This document shows, one piece after another, positions 54,458-64,000 of a stretch of DNA of 64,000 bases. A program made the position numbers and the translations under genes. Numbering within the stretch: position 1 is the first letter of the stretch; each line of letters opens with the position of its first letter. The notes below the pieces were generated by a model. The model worked only from the letters and a program-made list of their open reading frames with translations. It was not told the origin of the DNA and searched no databases. The DNA is taken from sequence record ON286975; one strand, given 5' to 3'. This DNA is from Escherichia phage I29.

Positions 54458-56881
54458 ATGGTAATAGATAATACGACGAACACCTTCATCGTACCACCCA
54501 CGCTTCACCATTTGATGGTGCATGAGTATCCCAACTAAGTCACACAACGATGCGCCGCCATTTTGTTGGTATGCATTAAGTAAAGAGTGTTTAGATCGGG
54601 TCCAGATAGCATGACCATCAAAAGAGTAGATAAACTTCTTACCCGTTGCTTCCCAGAATTTCTCCAGATCTTCTTTACGCCCCTTAAGACCAGGGTTGGC
54701 ATCCCAGAGTGCATCGATTACCCTTTGTCCCAACTCTGGAGAGATGTCCAGCATATCTGCAACTTTATCTTTTTGTGCCCCATACATAACCCCATACGTG
54801 ATAGGTTTACCGTCGTTACGAGACACCTCTCTACCTGCTACTTTTGTATATGCCTCAGCATTGTTTTGGTGTGCGTCCCCGTTACTTACAACATCGTAAT
54901 ACAGGCCGTTGTCGAACTCAAAGGCACCCCAAGCCCCGATAAGCTGCTCTAAGTTGGACCCGTCAATACCGATCTCAAAGTATCCTGGAGGAACACCCCA
55001 CAGACTGCGCATCTCTTTACCCATAACCACTTTAGGAGATGGTTTAGGCATGTTTGCACAAATACTGTGTTTCTGTCGGGAAGTGTTTGTTAATCCAGAA
55101 CTTTTAGCAGGAAGCTTATGGTCAATCTTCAAACGTGGGTGATTAAGAAGACCAGTATCAACCTTATCCTCCTTGATTGGATCAAGGACCGATCTGCGGT
55201 TTCGCAATGATAACCACAAGACGATATCTTTAGCCATCTCTCCGTTCAATTTTTCAAGATTCGGGCATAGGTGTCCAAACGTATCTTTCAGTTGCGGAGA
55301 AGTAATAAGTGCCCTAGCTTTTCTACGTATTTTCCCGAATACTTCCTTTTTAATCCTTTCGGAGTTAGGAAAGCTTCGGAACTTGTGCACGGTTGTCTGA
55401 AACTTAGCATCAGTTTTGTTCCAGAAGTTGATAATCAGGTCACAATACTCTGACTCTAAAAGCTCGTCCATGTATGCATATACTCGTGCATCAACATCTG
55501 CATCAGGTAGAGCTTTCTTCTTGCTGTCTTTAGTTACATCCTTAGTTCTCCACATTGTCGGAAGCCAACCAGCACTGATCAGGTATCGCTTAATGTCGTC
55601 CTGATTGCTGATTTTCATAGGTATCTTGCAGTCCGGCATTCGCTTCTGCTGTAGATCACTTATTGCCTGATCCATCAGCTCTTTAGGTAAAGGTTGTGGT
55701 GTGGAAGTGCCCTTAATATAGCCTCTCAAGAAATCAGCCATCTTATCAGGGTCTTTGCAGCCCATCTCTTCACACCATTTTATCCCCATCTTGCTGACAT
55801 CTCCTGTGGAGGTAAATGCTCGCTTAGGCGGGGCTTTGAACTCCAAAGCACTCATGTCCACAGGATAGCCAAGCTTATCTTTTAACCATTTCCAACCATT
55901 GTTGGAGATTGTCCCATCTTGGTTAAACGGCTTTTCAGGGAACTTGGGCCGCTGAGACATTGACAGCTCTTTTAAAGGAAGTTGAGGTTCAACACGATCA
56001 GCGATTTCTTTCATCCACGCATCGCAACGGTCACGTAAAGCAATAGCTCCATCTATGTCGAAGTATACACCCTGACGGGCCTGCAGCTCCATCAGGAAGT
56101 GCTGCAGCATGCCTCGGCGTAATGCGTTCTTCCAGGTGATTTTCTTGAACCCTTTCGGCTTCTCTTTGGCTGGATCGTACATAAAGTTCTGCATGTCAGA
56201 TTTGCCGTAGAATACACCTTTTGATTCCGCTACCAGCTCTTTCCAGAGCAGCTCCTGGATGATAACGTCCTCGAATACACGATCCACATACTTCCACAAC
56301 GGAAGATCGCGCCAGTCATCAATTTGAACTTTCTGGTTACCAAGGGCGTAGCCCCATGCCATAAGGCCGTGAGGACCAACAGGCTGCATTTTCTTAGTAA
56401 CCGGGTTGAATACAGAGTCCGGACAACCTTTTGGTAAAGGGCGATCAGGCCACAAGATTCTGCTCATCGCCAACGTATCAAACAGGTTAACCTGGTGGTC
56501 GTTGATAGTCCCCATGCATTTAGGATCACGGAACATATCAAAATGAATACCGGATAATCTTTCCATCAGCATAAAGTCATAACTGTAGCAGTTATGGCAG
56601 TTCAAAGCTGTTGGTGACCAGTCGGAATTGCCTGTAAGCCAACCTTCCAACTCCGAAAAATCTGCTATGCGAACTTCAAAATCTTTATGAAGAGTTTTCT
56701 TTGCCAGAATAAAGTTCTTAGCCTTCTCTATATCCTCTTCGGAGTAGTGTGTGCGGTCATTTAGAGGAAGGAACAGCATAAAACGGTTCTTATTCAGCTC
56801 TTTAAACAGGCCGCAGTGATAATAAAGATCTGGATCTTCCAGCAAACCGGATGACTCAAAGTCGAACGACCACATGCTCAT
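54458..56881 (-). CDS. DNA polymerase (family A) with 3'-5' exonuclease, exon 1
   Basis: Exo I FDFESSG; motif A DGSNLEQLIGAW; motif B KPITYGVMYGAQ; ends ...GWYDEGVRRIIYYH just before motif C; AAGGAG RBS. Confidence 0.85.
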
Positions 56882-56939
56882 ATACAGTTCTCCTTAAAGG
56901 GGAGGCGGTTGTACTACCCCTCCCACTCTTTGTTAAACA

Positions 56940-59018
56940 TTAAAAAGGTGTTTCATCATCCTCAAAACCAGGGACCGGATCAGAGGATGGATCATCGTAT
57001 TGGAGGTCTTCCTGCGTGTCAATAGGCTTGACAGTGGGTGTTACAACCTTATCAGCCACAACCTTGCCCATAGGTGTTTCTACAACTGCATGCTCCTGAT
57101 CCTCAAACATAGCCTGAGGTCTCCAAACAACCTCCCCACCTTCTCCGTCTGTAAACATCTGCATTTCTTTGTCCCAGTACCAATTACTGGCATCATGGAA
57201 CTTACCTGTATGCGGATCCATAACTAAAGTGTCAGCAATACCTAAAGTTTTTGCTGGACGGTTTTTAAGACCTACCAGACGGACACGTCCACGAGAACGA
57301 TCCACCATTTCTTCGGCCTCGACACCTATGACTACCCAACTCAACTGTTCAAGCCCAGCCGATCCTCGCAAATTCTCTTTTCGCACAGGATACCAGAAAG
57401 GTAATGGGTTACCATCCTTGTCCTTAGGGGGCACAATCTCTGTACGTTTGAGGTGAGCGATCACCAAGATAAACACGTTAAACTGCTTACAAAACGCAGC
57501 CAGTTGGGTCATAGCCATGTCCAGTTCTTTTCGCTCATCCTTAACATTAAGCCCTGAAATTACCATGGACAGGTGATCCAGCACAATATAACGACAATGG
57601 TACAGGCAAACCATTTGCTTAAGCTTGGTAATCAACTCGTCCACTGGAATAGACCCGAAATGTTTGAACACTTTGATTTTTCCAGCTTTTGCCCATGATT
57701 GGTGAATCTCTGCGTGTTCTTGATCAGTTAAAAACTGGCTAGGATCTTCAACAAACTCTTTAACATCAAACCCTAACTGGTTTGCATACAAGGAGTTAAT
57801 TGCTTCCTCTGGGTCCTCCTCAAGATGAATCATGCATAGACGATCATCCTCTTCATAGTCATCGGCCTTCGGGCATGTCGGGTCCATTAGGTATCTTGCA
57901 ATACAGTGTTCCAGTTTTTTAGCCACGGTTGTTTTACCGCCGCCTGATGGACCTGTAAGCATTACAAGTGTCCCTTTGTGCAAGCCTTTTAGCATTTTTT
58001 GCAGTTTTGGGAACTCTGCACTGATATCTACCCCGTTGGAAGTCTTTTTCCGCAAAGACTCGATAGAGAAGTCTTCTAAATCCGACACAGCATCAGGCAC
58101 ATATTTAACAGGGTGCCGGAACATGTTGACAATATCTTCCAGCTTTTTAGCCTTCAGCATGTCTCGGATATCTTTTACACCGTCAGGGTCATTTACTTCA
58201 CCAGGGTATTCTACGTGGTAAACGTTATCAGCCATCAAAAATGCTGCGATATTGTGCGTGGCCTCAACACCTTTAATGACGTGTTTTTGCTTCTCTACCT
58301 CGTTAGCTGCATCGTTATCCATTGCCAGCACAACTGTTCCATAGCTACGGATAAACTTCTCATTGTTTGCAAAAGTATCTACTGCGTTTGCACATCCACA
58401 GTTAATTCCAACAAAAGGCAGGCAGGGTTTTCCTGCCAGATCACCACCGTTGATAACTGCGTCGATCCCGTCCTGGACCTCTTTAGCCCACTGCTTCACC
58501 TTTGCCGGGGCTTTAGCGTTGGTGAGAATCCCTTTTACTTGTATCTGATATGCAGCCTGCCATGCTGCAATAACATCACCTTCTCCCTCACAAACGTTAA
58601 TCTGCTTACGGTTGTTGGAAGATGCACACAGCTTTTGACCAAACATCTGGGAGTTGGCCTTTACGATGCCAACAACGGAGAAATGGCCCCTTTGCTCTTT
58701 AGGAATAGTCCAGTCACGCTTTTTGAAACCAGACAGATTTCCGTAGCGGTCGTAATATGGGAAATATGTTGCAGTGACTGTCACACCGTCTTCTTGGGAC
58801 AATGCTGATCGCACACCAAAATATTGTGCAGCCATCAGACCGATATTTTGTTGTGGGACAGGGACAATTTTAGTATTTTCTAAAACAGTCTCTACAGTTT
58901 CAACTTCTTTTTCATCACGATAGTCTCGTTTCACACTTCCCCCACTTTTATACTTAGTTGCTTTCGGGTTTGGCTCACCGAAACGGTTGTATGCAGATGC
59001 CATAAATTTACTTCCCAT
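56940..59018 (-). CDS. primase-helicase (TOPRIM primase + DnaB-like helicase)
   Basis: TOPRIM VCEGEGD...MDNDAANE; helicase Walker A GPSGGGKTT; AAGGAG RBS; no N-terminal zinc finger seen. Confidence 0.8.
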   Translation of the reverse strand: MGSKFMASAYNRFGEPNPKATKYKSGGSVKRDYRDEKEVETVETVLENTKIVPVPQQNIGLMAAQYFGVRSALSQEDGVTVTATYFPYYDRYGNLSGFKKRDWTIPKEQRGHFSVVGIVKANSQMFGQKLCASSNNRKQINVCEGEGDVIAAWQAAYQIQVKGILTNAKAPAKVKQWAKEVQDGIDAVINGGDLAGKPCLPFVGINCGCANAVDTFANNEKFIRSYGTVVLAMDNDAANEVEKQKHVIKGVEATHNIAAFLMADNVYHVEYPGEVNDPDGVKDIRDMLKAKKLEDIVNMFRHPVKYVPDAVSDLEDFSIESLRKKTSNGVDISAEFPKLQKMLKGLHKGTLVMLTGPSGGGKTTVAKKLEHCIARYLMDPTCPKADDYEEDDRLCMIHLEEDPEEAINSLYANQLGFDVKEFVEDPSQFLTDQEHAEIHQSWAKAGKIKVFKHFGSIPVDELITKLKQMVCLYHCRYIVLDHLSMVISGLNVKDERKELDMAMTQLAAFCKQFNVFILVIAHLKRTEIVPPKDKDGNPLPFWYPVRKENLRGSAGLEQLSWVVIGVEAEEMVDRSRGRVRLVGLKNRPAKTLGIADTLVMDPHTGKFHDASNWYWDKEMQMFTDGEGGEVVWRPQAMFEDQEHAVVETPMGKVVADKVVTPTVKPIDTQEDLQYDDPSSDPVPGFEDDETPF

Positions 59019-59772
59019 TAATTCTGCTCCTTACTACAGGCTCGTTTGCTAAGAATACGGCTTTTGCCCAGCCACGTGGTGTGAGGCTTCGGATCATCTT
59101 CGTTCTTGCACTCTTTCCACCCAGCTTGGCGTGTTGCATGGAATACCCGCTAACCGCGTCAACTATTTGCTGGACAGGTTTTGTGGCCGGGATTATAAAT
59201 CCATTACCTATCCAGCCGCAAGTTATTTTTGGATAGGCATCACGTGGAGCTATAAATTCAGGAAACCAGGGGTTTACATCATCCTCCGGTAAATACCCGC
59301 CATAGTCAGAAGGATGAAAACGGTAATCAGGTTTGCGCCACAGTGTGGACATAACACCAACAGGATTCTCTACATGCCACGGGCAATCGTAAATCTCTCC
59401 CAGCTCTTCCGCAACCCGAGCATCCTTTACAGCATTAATTTGGATCAAAGGATCCTTAGCCAGCTTTTTCTTAAAATGTGCAGCACCTGATACCGCTAAA
59501 TGCGTGCACGGAGGAAATGCAAGAACAAAGTCCGGAGCTGGGTACATGCAGAAAGTTTCCTGAGGGAACCATGGATCAATCCAATAATCTACATAGTGAA
59601 TATTTGGATGATCGGTGATCACCTCTGCATAACTGCCGTGGTCAGCACCTTCTGCGTTAAAGCACAGGCACAGATATCCAGCTTTTGCCCAGTCAATGAC
59701 TGCACCGCCAGATCCGTCAAATAGACTCCACACAACACCTTTGTGGTAGTGTTCTTTATAGATAAATTTCAA
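59008..59772 (-). CDS. DNA cytosine-C5 methyltransferase-like protein
   Basis: Motif I LFDGSGGA, catalytic PPC (PCT not PCQ), ENP motif HVENPVG; start placed at TTG 59772 after AGGAG, downstream of terminator. Confidence 0.55.
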   Translation of the reverse strand: MKFIYKEHYHKGVVWSLFDGSGGAVIDWAKAGYLCLCFNAEGADHGSYAEVITDHPNIHYVDYWIDPWFPQETFCMYPAPDFVLAFPPCTHLAVSGAAHFKKKLAKDPLIQINAVKDARVAEELGEIYDCPWHVENPVGVMSTLWRKPDYRFHPSDYGGYLPEDDVNPWFPEFIAPRDAYPKITCGWIGNGFIIPATKPVQQIVDAVSGYSMQHAKLGGKSARTKMIRSLTPRGWAKAVFLANEPVVRSRINGK

Positions 59773-59790
59773 TTTGCTGTCTCCTAATGC

Positions 59791-59817
59791 AAAAAGCCCC
59801 ACCCTTTCGGGCAGGGC
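59791..59817 (-). terminator. intrinsic terminator with GAAA loop (minus strand)
   Basis: gccctgccc-gaaa-gggtggggc then TTTTT; identical to 48168-48189. Confidence 0.6.
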
Positions 59818-59823
59818 CTAGTG

Positions 59824-60306
59824 TTAAACCCGGATACCTATTGTATACTCGGTGGATACCAATGTCAAATCTAAATTTAAAATTTCTTGCATCTCATAGT
59901 ATGCATCCAGGGTGAGATACATTTCCCCATCCTTTTCTACATACTTGTCAAGGTGTTTGAGGCACTTTGGATAACTATTAAGGGCAGCCTTTAGGCACTC
60001 AAACTCTGTGCTGTTGATGAATCCTTCCATCTTGGCTACCCGTTCTGGGGTAACGATAGCACTGTAGTGAGATTTAGCTTCCTGAATGCAATGGGTCCAA
60101 GCATCAACTTTCTCTTCGAAAAGTCCGAAGAACTTCTTTTTGGTGAGCTTCAGATTCTTTAAGTGCTTAAGCACTCGGTTGCCGATCACAGATACATCAC
60201 GAAACTTAAAGATCACTTTGTCAATATCCTCGCGGCCTATTTTTACAAAGCAAGCCTCGCACATTTCAGGAGAGGCATAACCTACTTTCCACATAAAATC
60301 TGACAT
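59824..60306 (-). CDS. hypothetical protein
   Basis: 160 aa; AAGGAGAGAG RBS. Confidence 0.5.
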   Translation of the reverse strand: MSDFMWKVGYASPEMCEACFVKIGREDIDKVIFKFRDVSVIGNRVLKHLKNLKLTKKKFFGLFEEKVDAWTHCIQEAKSHYSAIVTPERVAKMEGFINSTEFECLKAALNSYPKCLKHLDKYVEKDGEMYLTLDAYYEMQEILNLDLTLVSTEYTIGIRV

Positions 60307-60318
60307 AACACTCTCTCC

Positions 60319-60714
60319 TTATTCCTGAAAAGCAACGATATCATATGCACTTACCAATGATTCCGGTGAAGAATGACTCCAGTCCAGGTTATCAGAGTAT
60401 CCAGCGTACTGTGCGCCACTACGCAGTTTGTATTTTACCCACTTACCTGGTGCAGGGTTTTCACCACCTTCCCATACTTCCCAGCCTTCTGGCAGGCCGT
60501 CCTGAGCGTAGTCATCCACCTCACTAATGATCTTAGGGTTTGGCACCAAGATCCCCGCAGGCTCTTCCTTCCGGATAAGTGTCCACACAGCGTATGTGTC
60601 TGAGCAGGCGCATGATAGCAAAGTATATCCACTATTCAGAACTTCTGCAAGCTCTTTTTCAGCATCTTCCAATTTGGTTAAGTGGTATTGGATAATCTTC
60701 ACACCTGTAATCAT
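60319..60714 (-). CDS. hypothetical protein
   Basis: 131 aa; coupled to upstream gene. Confidence 0.5.
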   Translation of the reverse strand: MITGVKIIQYHLTKLEDAEKELAEVLNSGYTLLSCACSDTYAVWTLIRKEEPAGILVPNPKIISEVDDYAQDGLPEGWEVWEGGENPAPGKWVKYKLRSGAQYAGYSDNLDWSHSSPESLVSAYDIVAFQE

Positions 60715-61016
60715 CAGAAACCTCCCACTTCTTCAGCAAATGCAGCTGCTGTCGTCGCTGCATCCAGATAGGACTCTAGTTCACGGGCTGCACGTTTGTA
60801 AATTGAGTGGCGCATATCGTTTGGCAGTTGGTGGAAGTCCACCTCTTCACCGTTGTGGTAAACACGCACATCGGTAATTTGTCTAAACCCGTAATAGTCA
60901 ACATCAGAGTCACGGCACTCCGAGTCTGGCAACTGGACAACTGCCTGAGCTTCCACAGTAAACATATCGTCAAGTTCGAAATCGATTTCAAAAGTGTATG
61001 GTTTATAACGTTTCAT
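60714..61016 (-). CDS. acidic hypothetical protein
   Basis: 100 aa; AAGGAAG RBS. Confidence 0.45.
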   Translation of the reverse strand: MKRYKPYTFEIDFELDDMFTVEAQAVVQLPDSECRDSDVDYYGFRQITDVRVYHNGEEVDFHQLPNDMRHSIYKRAARELESYLDAATTAAAFAEEVGGF

Positions 61017-61076
61017 CGTTTAGTGCTTCCTTAGTTTTTGTGGGGAGGAGTGCCTCCCCTTTATACTCACATCTTA

Positions 61077-61418
61077 CTACTCAAGGTCTTCAGAGTCAAG
61101 CTCAAAAAGAATCAAACTGTGCATGCCTGCAGAGAGATCAACACACCCTGCAACAATAAGGGTTTGATAGTAAGGTTCAGCACCCTCAATGTCTTCGTTA
61201 AAATCCACAACAAGGTAGTCACCTTTGTTAAAGGTGTATTTGTCCGATGTAAACGCAAAACCTGCCCAGTCCCCTACTGCAGGATCTTTATCAGTCACCT
61301 TTGTTAGCAGTAGATCTTTTTCACGAGATCTTTTAGTAAAATCGTGAATCACAACATCCTTCTCTTCAGGAGTTGGATTGCCGCACACGTAGTTAACGAT
61401 ATTTCTCCACAAACTCAT
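61077..61418 (-). CDS. hypothetical protein
   Basis: 113 aa; ATGA coupling to helicase gene. Confidence 0.5.
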   Translation of the reverse strand: MSLWRNIVNYVCGNPTPEEKDVVIHDFTKRSREKDLLLTKVTDKDPAVGDWAGFAFTSDKYTFNKGDYLVVDFNEDIEGAEPYYQTLIVAGCVDLSAGMHSLILFELDSEDLE

Positions 61419-62785
61419 ACGTCACCCTCTTCTGCTCTGGTTTCAAAATCTTTCCTGACAATTTTGTCTAAGTCAGGGAATGTTGTATTGTAAAACTCTA
61501 CGACTCGCGGGTCAACAATAATGTCAACCTCTCTTAGTGGACGCAACAAGTTTATTCCTTGTATTGTCTTAACTCTACTCAAAGCGACATACGTCATCCC
61601 AGGAGAGAAAGCTCCGTTCTTTCCAAGGTCTAGGTTGTAACAATCTAGTGTAAGTCCTTGACTTTTATGAGATGTTACAGCGTACCCAGATTTCAGAGGA
61701 AGTTGCTTGTATGACCCAATCACTACCCTCTCTATAAACTTCTCCATCTTCCTTTCTGCAATGTTGTATCTCTGGGATGGCTTATACTCGTTATTCTCCC
61801 ACAACCTCTGCTCTATGTCAACCTGTGTTCCATCTTCAAGCTCTACCACCACCGCCTTGTTCTTAAATTTAACAATTGTAGCACGTGTTCCGTTAACATA
61901 ATAAGGTACTTTGTGCGTCGGGTCAACATCGTTGGCGGTTATCATAACTTTCATGCCAATTTTCAACTTCATCTCCTGCTCAACTGGCAGGGTGGAGGGA
62001 AACTTACCCTTCATTTCACCAGTGTATACCTTCTCTGGGGCGTTGATGGCATCATAGAACCTTCTGTTCACTTCCTCTGCTTGTTTGTTGGTGGCGCAAA
62101 TTGTGAGAGCGTCTGTTGGTACACCTCCTTTGTAACAGCGAGCATTAAGTTCTGCTACAACCTCTTTTATGCGACGACCCTCACGAACACAGTTGAGCAT
62201 TGTAGCAAATCGAATAGACTCCTGTCGGAACTGATCTATTAGGGCTATGTTGTGGAGGTCAAGCTCTTTCCAAGATTCGGTATAGCAACACAGGTCCGTA
62301 TGGTAGAAGTTGAAGTAGGCTTCCTTCTCCATAGAAGAGACAACAGGAGGTGCCTGGTAAAAATCGCCAAACAATATGACCTGTATGCCTCCGAAAGGTT
62401 TGTCATTTTTTCGAAGGAAGCGGAGTTTCCTATCCATCTCTATAAACTTATCAGCACGGATCATAGAGATTTCATCGATAATTAGGATGGTAAATGCCTT
62501 GCTTTTCAAAGGCTTTGCTGTTTTTGCCCTTATTGCGGTCCAGTCTGACTCCATGCTCACACCTGCTGCAAGATCGAAGGTTCGGTGTGCTGTTGCTCCA
62601 TTAACGTTTAAAGCGGCTACCCCTGTCGGGGCAACCGTTATGCAAGAGTCTCCATACATCGACTGGATCATGTTGATGAGATACGTCTTCCCACAACCTG
62701 CAGGTCCTGAAACGAAGACATTCTCACCGCTCATGATTGCAACGAGGGCAGCATCTGTGCCTACATCATACTGCCCTTTTTCCAT
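61415..62785 (-). CDS. Dda/Pif1-like SF1B DNA helicase
   Basis: Walker A GPAGCGKT, Walker B IIDEISM, GDFYQAPPV, VTSHKSQGLT. Confidence 0.8.
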   Translation of the reverse strand: MEKGQYDVGTDAALVAIMSGENVFVSGPAGCGKTYLINMIQSMYGDSCITVAPTGVAALNVNGATAHRTFDLAAGVSMESDWTAIRAKTAKPLKSKAFTILIIDEISMIRADKFIEMDRKLRFLRKNDKPFGGIQVILFGDFYQAPPVVSSMEKEAYFNFYHTDLCCYTESWKELDLHNIALIDQFRQESIRFATMLNCVREGRRIKEVVAELNARCYKGGVPTDALTICATNKQAEEVNRRFYDAINAPEKVYTGEMKGKFPSTLPVEQEMKLKIGMKVMITANDVDPTHKVPYYVNGTRATIVKFKNKAVVVELEDGTQVDIEQRLWENNEYKPSQRYNIAERKMEKFIERVVIGSYKQLPLKSGYAVTSHKSQGLTLDCYNLDLGKNGAFSPGMTYVALSRVKTIQGINLLRPLREVDIIVDPRVVEFYNTTFPDLDKIVRKDFETRAEEGDV

Positions 62786-63990
62786 TACGCCTCCTCGTAA
62801 AGAATGTCGATAGTGTTACCGTCACGATCAACTACATATTCAATAGGGTCTCCATCTTTGCGTGCTTCCGGAGCTACCACAATCTCATAGCGGCATGCAC
62901 GGCACTTGGCGCTATTGTGTTGGTATGGCACACTAACCACATCTGCAGGGTCAACCATGACAGTCATTACAGTGCCGTAGCTCTTTGCATACTCTTTGCT
63001 GGCGCAGTGTAAGCCATAGGAGCACGCAGCTTCCGGATCATCCTCTACAAAGTTACGAGGCATGGATACAAAAGCACCCTGGTATTGTGGAACTTTACCG
63101 CTGTGCCAATCCACCCACTTGCTTCCGTTAAACTGAACCCCTTTGTAGCAAATGATTCGACCATCTTCTGCAATCTGGATATCGTTGGCCTGCATAAAAT
63201 CGTAGAGCATGTTTACAGATTTTGCAGAAGGATTGCGTAGCAGGCGAACGAGGAATTTCACATAGCGGTCATCCAGCGTTCCGTCTGCATAATCTTTCTC
63301 AATTTTCTTTGCAATGGTGGATCGCATCTCTACACCGTAGTAGTAGAGCTTACCATCTTTCATGATCAGGTTGTCTGCAAGTGTGGTGAACTCATTCTTG
63401 CGTTCCAGCCAGACAAGGATTTCACCAATTGCCTCATCATATTCCTGAACAGAGATATGGTCGAAGACTTTCTGGTAAACTTCCTCACTTTCGCTGCGGC
63501 GAATTTCAAAAATGCCTTCGTTGCAGGTGATCTGGAGGAGTTCCCCACAAATAACTACCAAAGGCTCGATGCTTCGAGTCTGTTGCTGAGACACACTGCT
63601 CACCACCTCCAGCACCGGATCTTTGACTTCTACTAAAGGTTCTTCTGACTTGATTGCTACCCCAGTGAACCCCACACCGTGAACAACACACAGTGGGTAT
63701 ACCACGCCCCAACGTTTAACGGAACCTTCGCCTAAATCTAAGATCATAGCGTACTTACCGTTATCTTCCAGACCGTATCGAAATAAACGGGCCTCTTCGC
63801 GGGTTTCAAAATCCTCACGGGTGTAGCAGACGCTGTCACGGTCAGGATCGAACAACTCTGGGGCACCAACTGCCAGTGTCCAGGTTGTGTCGCCTTTCTC
63901 AATGGCACATGTGAAACCCTTCTTCTCAAGTTCTGCACGGCGGTCTCGTGCTTCTTTACGGGTTTTGAAATGTTCGTAGATGAAAATCAT
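62785..63990 (-). CDS. hypothetical protein with duplicated N-terminal motif
   Basis: 401 aa; N-terminal repeats F(K/E)TR(K/E)EAR...G(F/L); GGAGACC RBS at 63990; no family assigned. Confidence 0.5.
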   Translation of the reverse strand: MIFIYEHFKTRKEARDRRAELEKKGFTCAIEKGDTTWTLAVGAPELFDPDRDSVCYTREDFETREEARLFRYGLEDNGKYAMILDLGEGSVKRWGVVYPLCVVHGVGFTGVAIKSEEPLVEVKDPVLEVVSSVSQQQTRSIEPLVVICGELLQITCNEGIFEIRRSESEEVYQKVFDHISVQEYDEAIGEILVWLERKNEFTTLADNLIMKDGKLYYYGVEMRSTIAKKIEKDYADGTLDDRYVKFLVRLLRNPSAKSVNMLYDFMQANDIQIAEDGRIICYKGVQFNGSKWVDWHSGKVPQYQGAFVSMPRNFVEDDPEAACSYGLHCASKEYAKSYGTVMTVMVDPADVVSVPYQHNSAKCRACRYEIVVAPEARKDGDPIEYVVDRDGNTIDILYEEA

Positions 63991-64000
63991 CTTGGTCTCC

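Noticed and set aside
54452-54460. Polymerase read as truncated or catalytically inactive (HHQ and no motif C)
   Set aside because: The missing motif C and C-terminus are supplied in frame by the downstream exon once the group I intron is removed.

Overview
This 64-kb window reads as the early/DNA-metabolism region of a large virulent dsDNA phage; all calls are from reading the sequence and motif recall, with no database search run. Layout: (1) a + strand cluster (104-30217) with recombination nucleases, three DNA methyltransferase-like genes across the window, dNMP kinase-like and HAD genes, ThyX, aerobic (NrdA/NrdB, glutaredoxin) and anaerobic (NrdD/NrdG) ribonucleotide reductases, PhoH, a ClpP-like protease, a ribosome hibernation factor (HPF/RaiA) homologue and about 45 small ORFs including a tandem paralogue family; (2) a ~3.1-kb repeat-rich non-coding region (30218-33326) between convergent gene clusters, holding a 594-bp tandem duplication with a perfect 104-bp palindrome at its junction, iterons and symmetric motif pairs; (3) - strand clusters (33327-43436, 44664-63990) of small early-type genes, a TARG1/DarG-like macrodomain, an SSB-like protein, a family-A DNA polymerase interrupted by a group I intron carrying an HNH homing endonuclease, a primase-helicase and a Dda/Pif1-like helicase, split by a 1.2-kb intergenic region (43437-44663) with two promoter-driven paralogous sRNA-like elements. 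Strong sigma70-type promoters and hairpin terminators punctuate both strands. No rRNA, tRNA or CRISPR array was found. The family-A polymerase, strong promoters and HNH endonucleases are reminiscent of T5-like phages, but that is an impression only. Small-ORF starts and motif coordinates may be off by a few bases.
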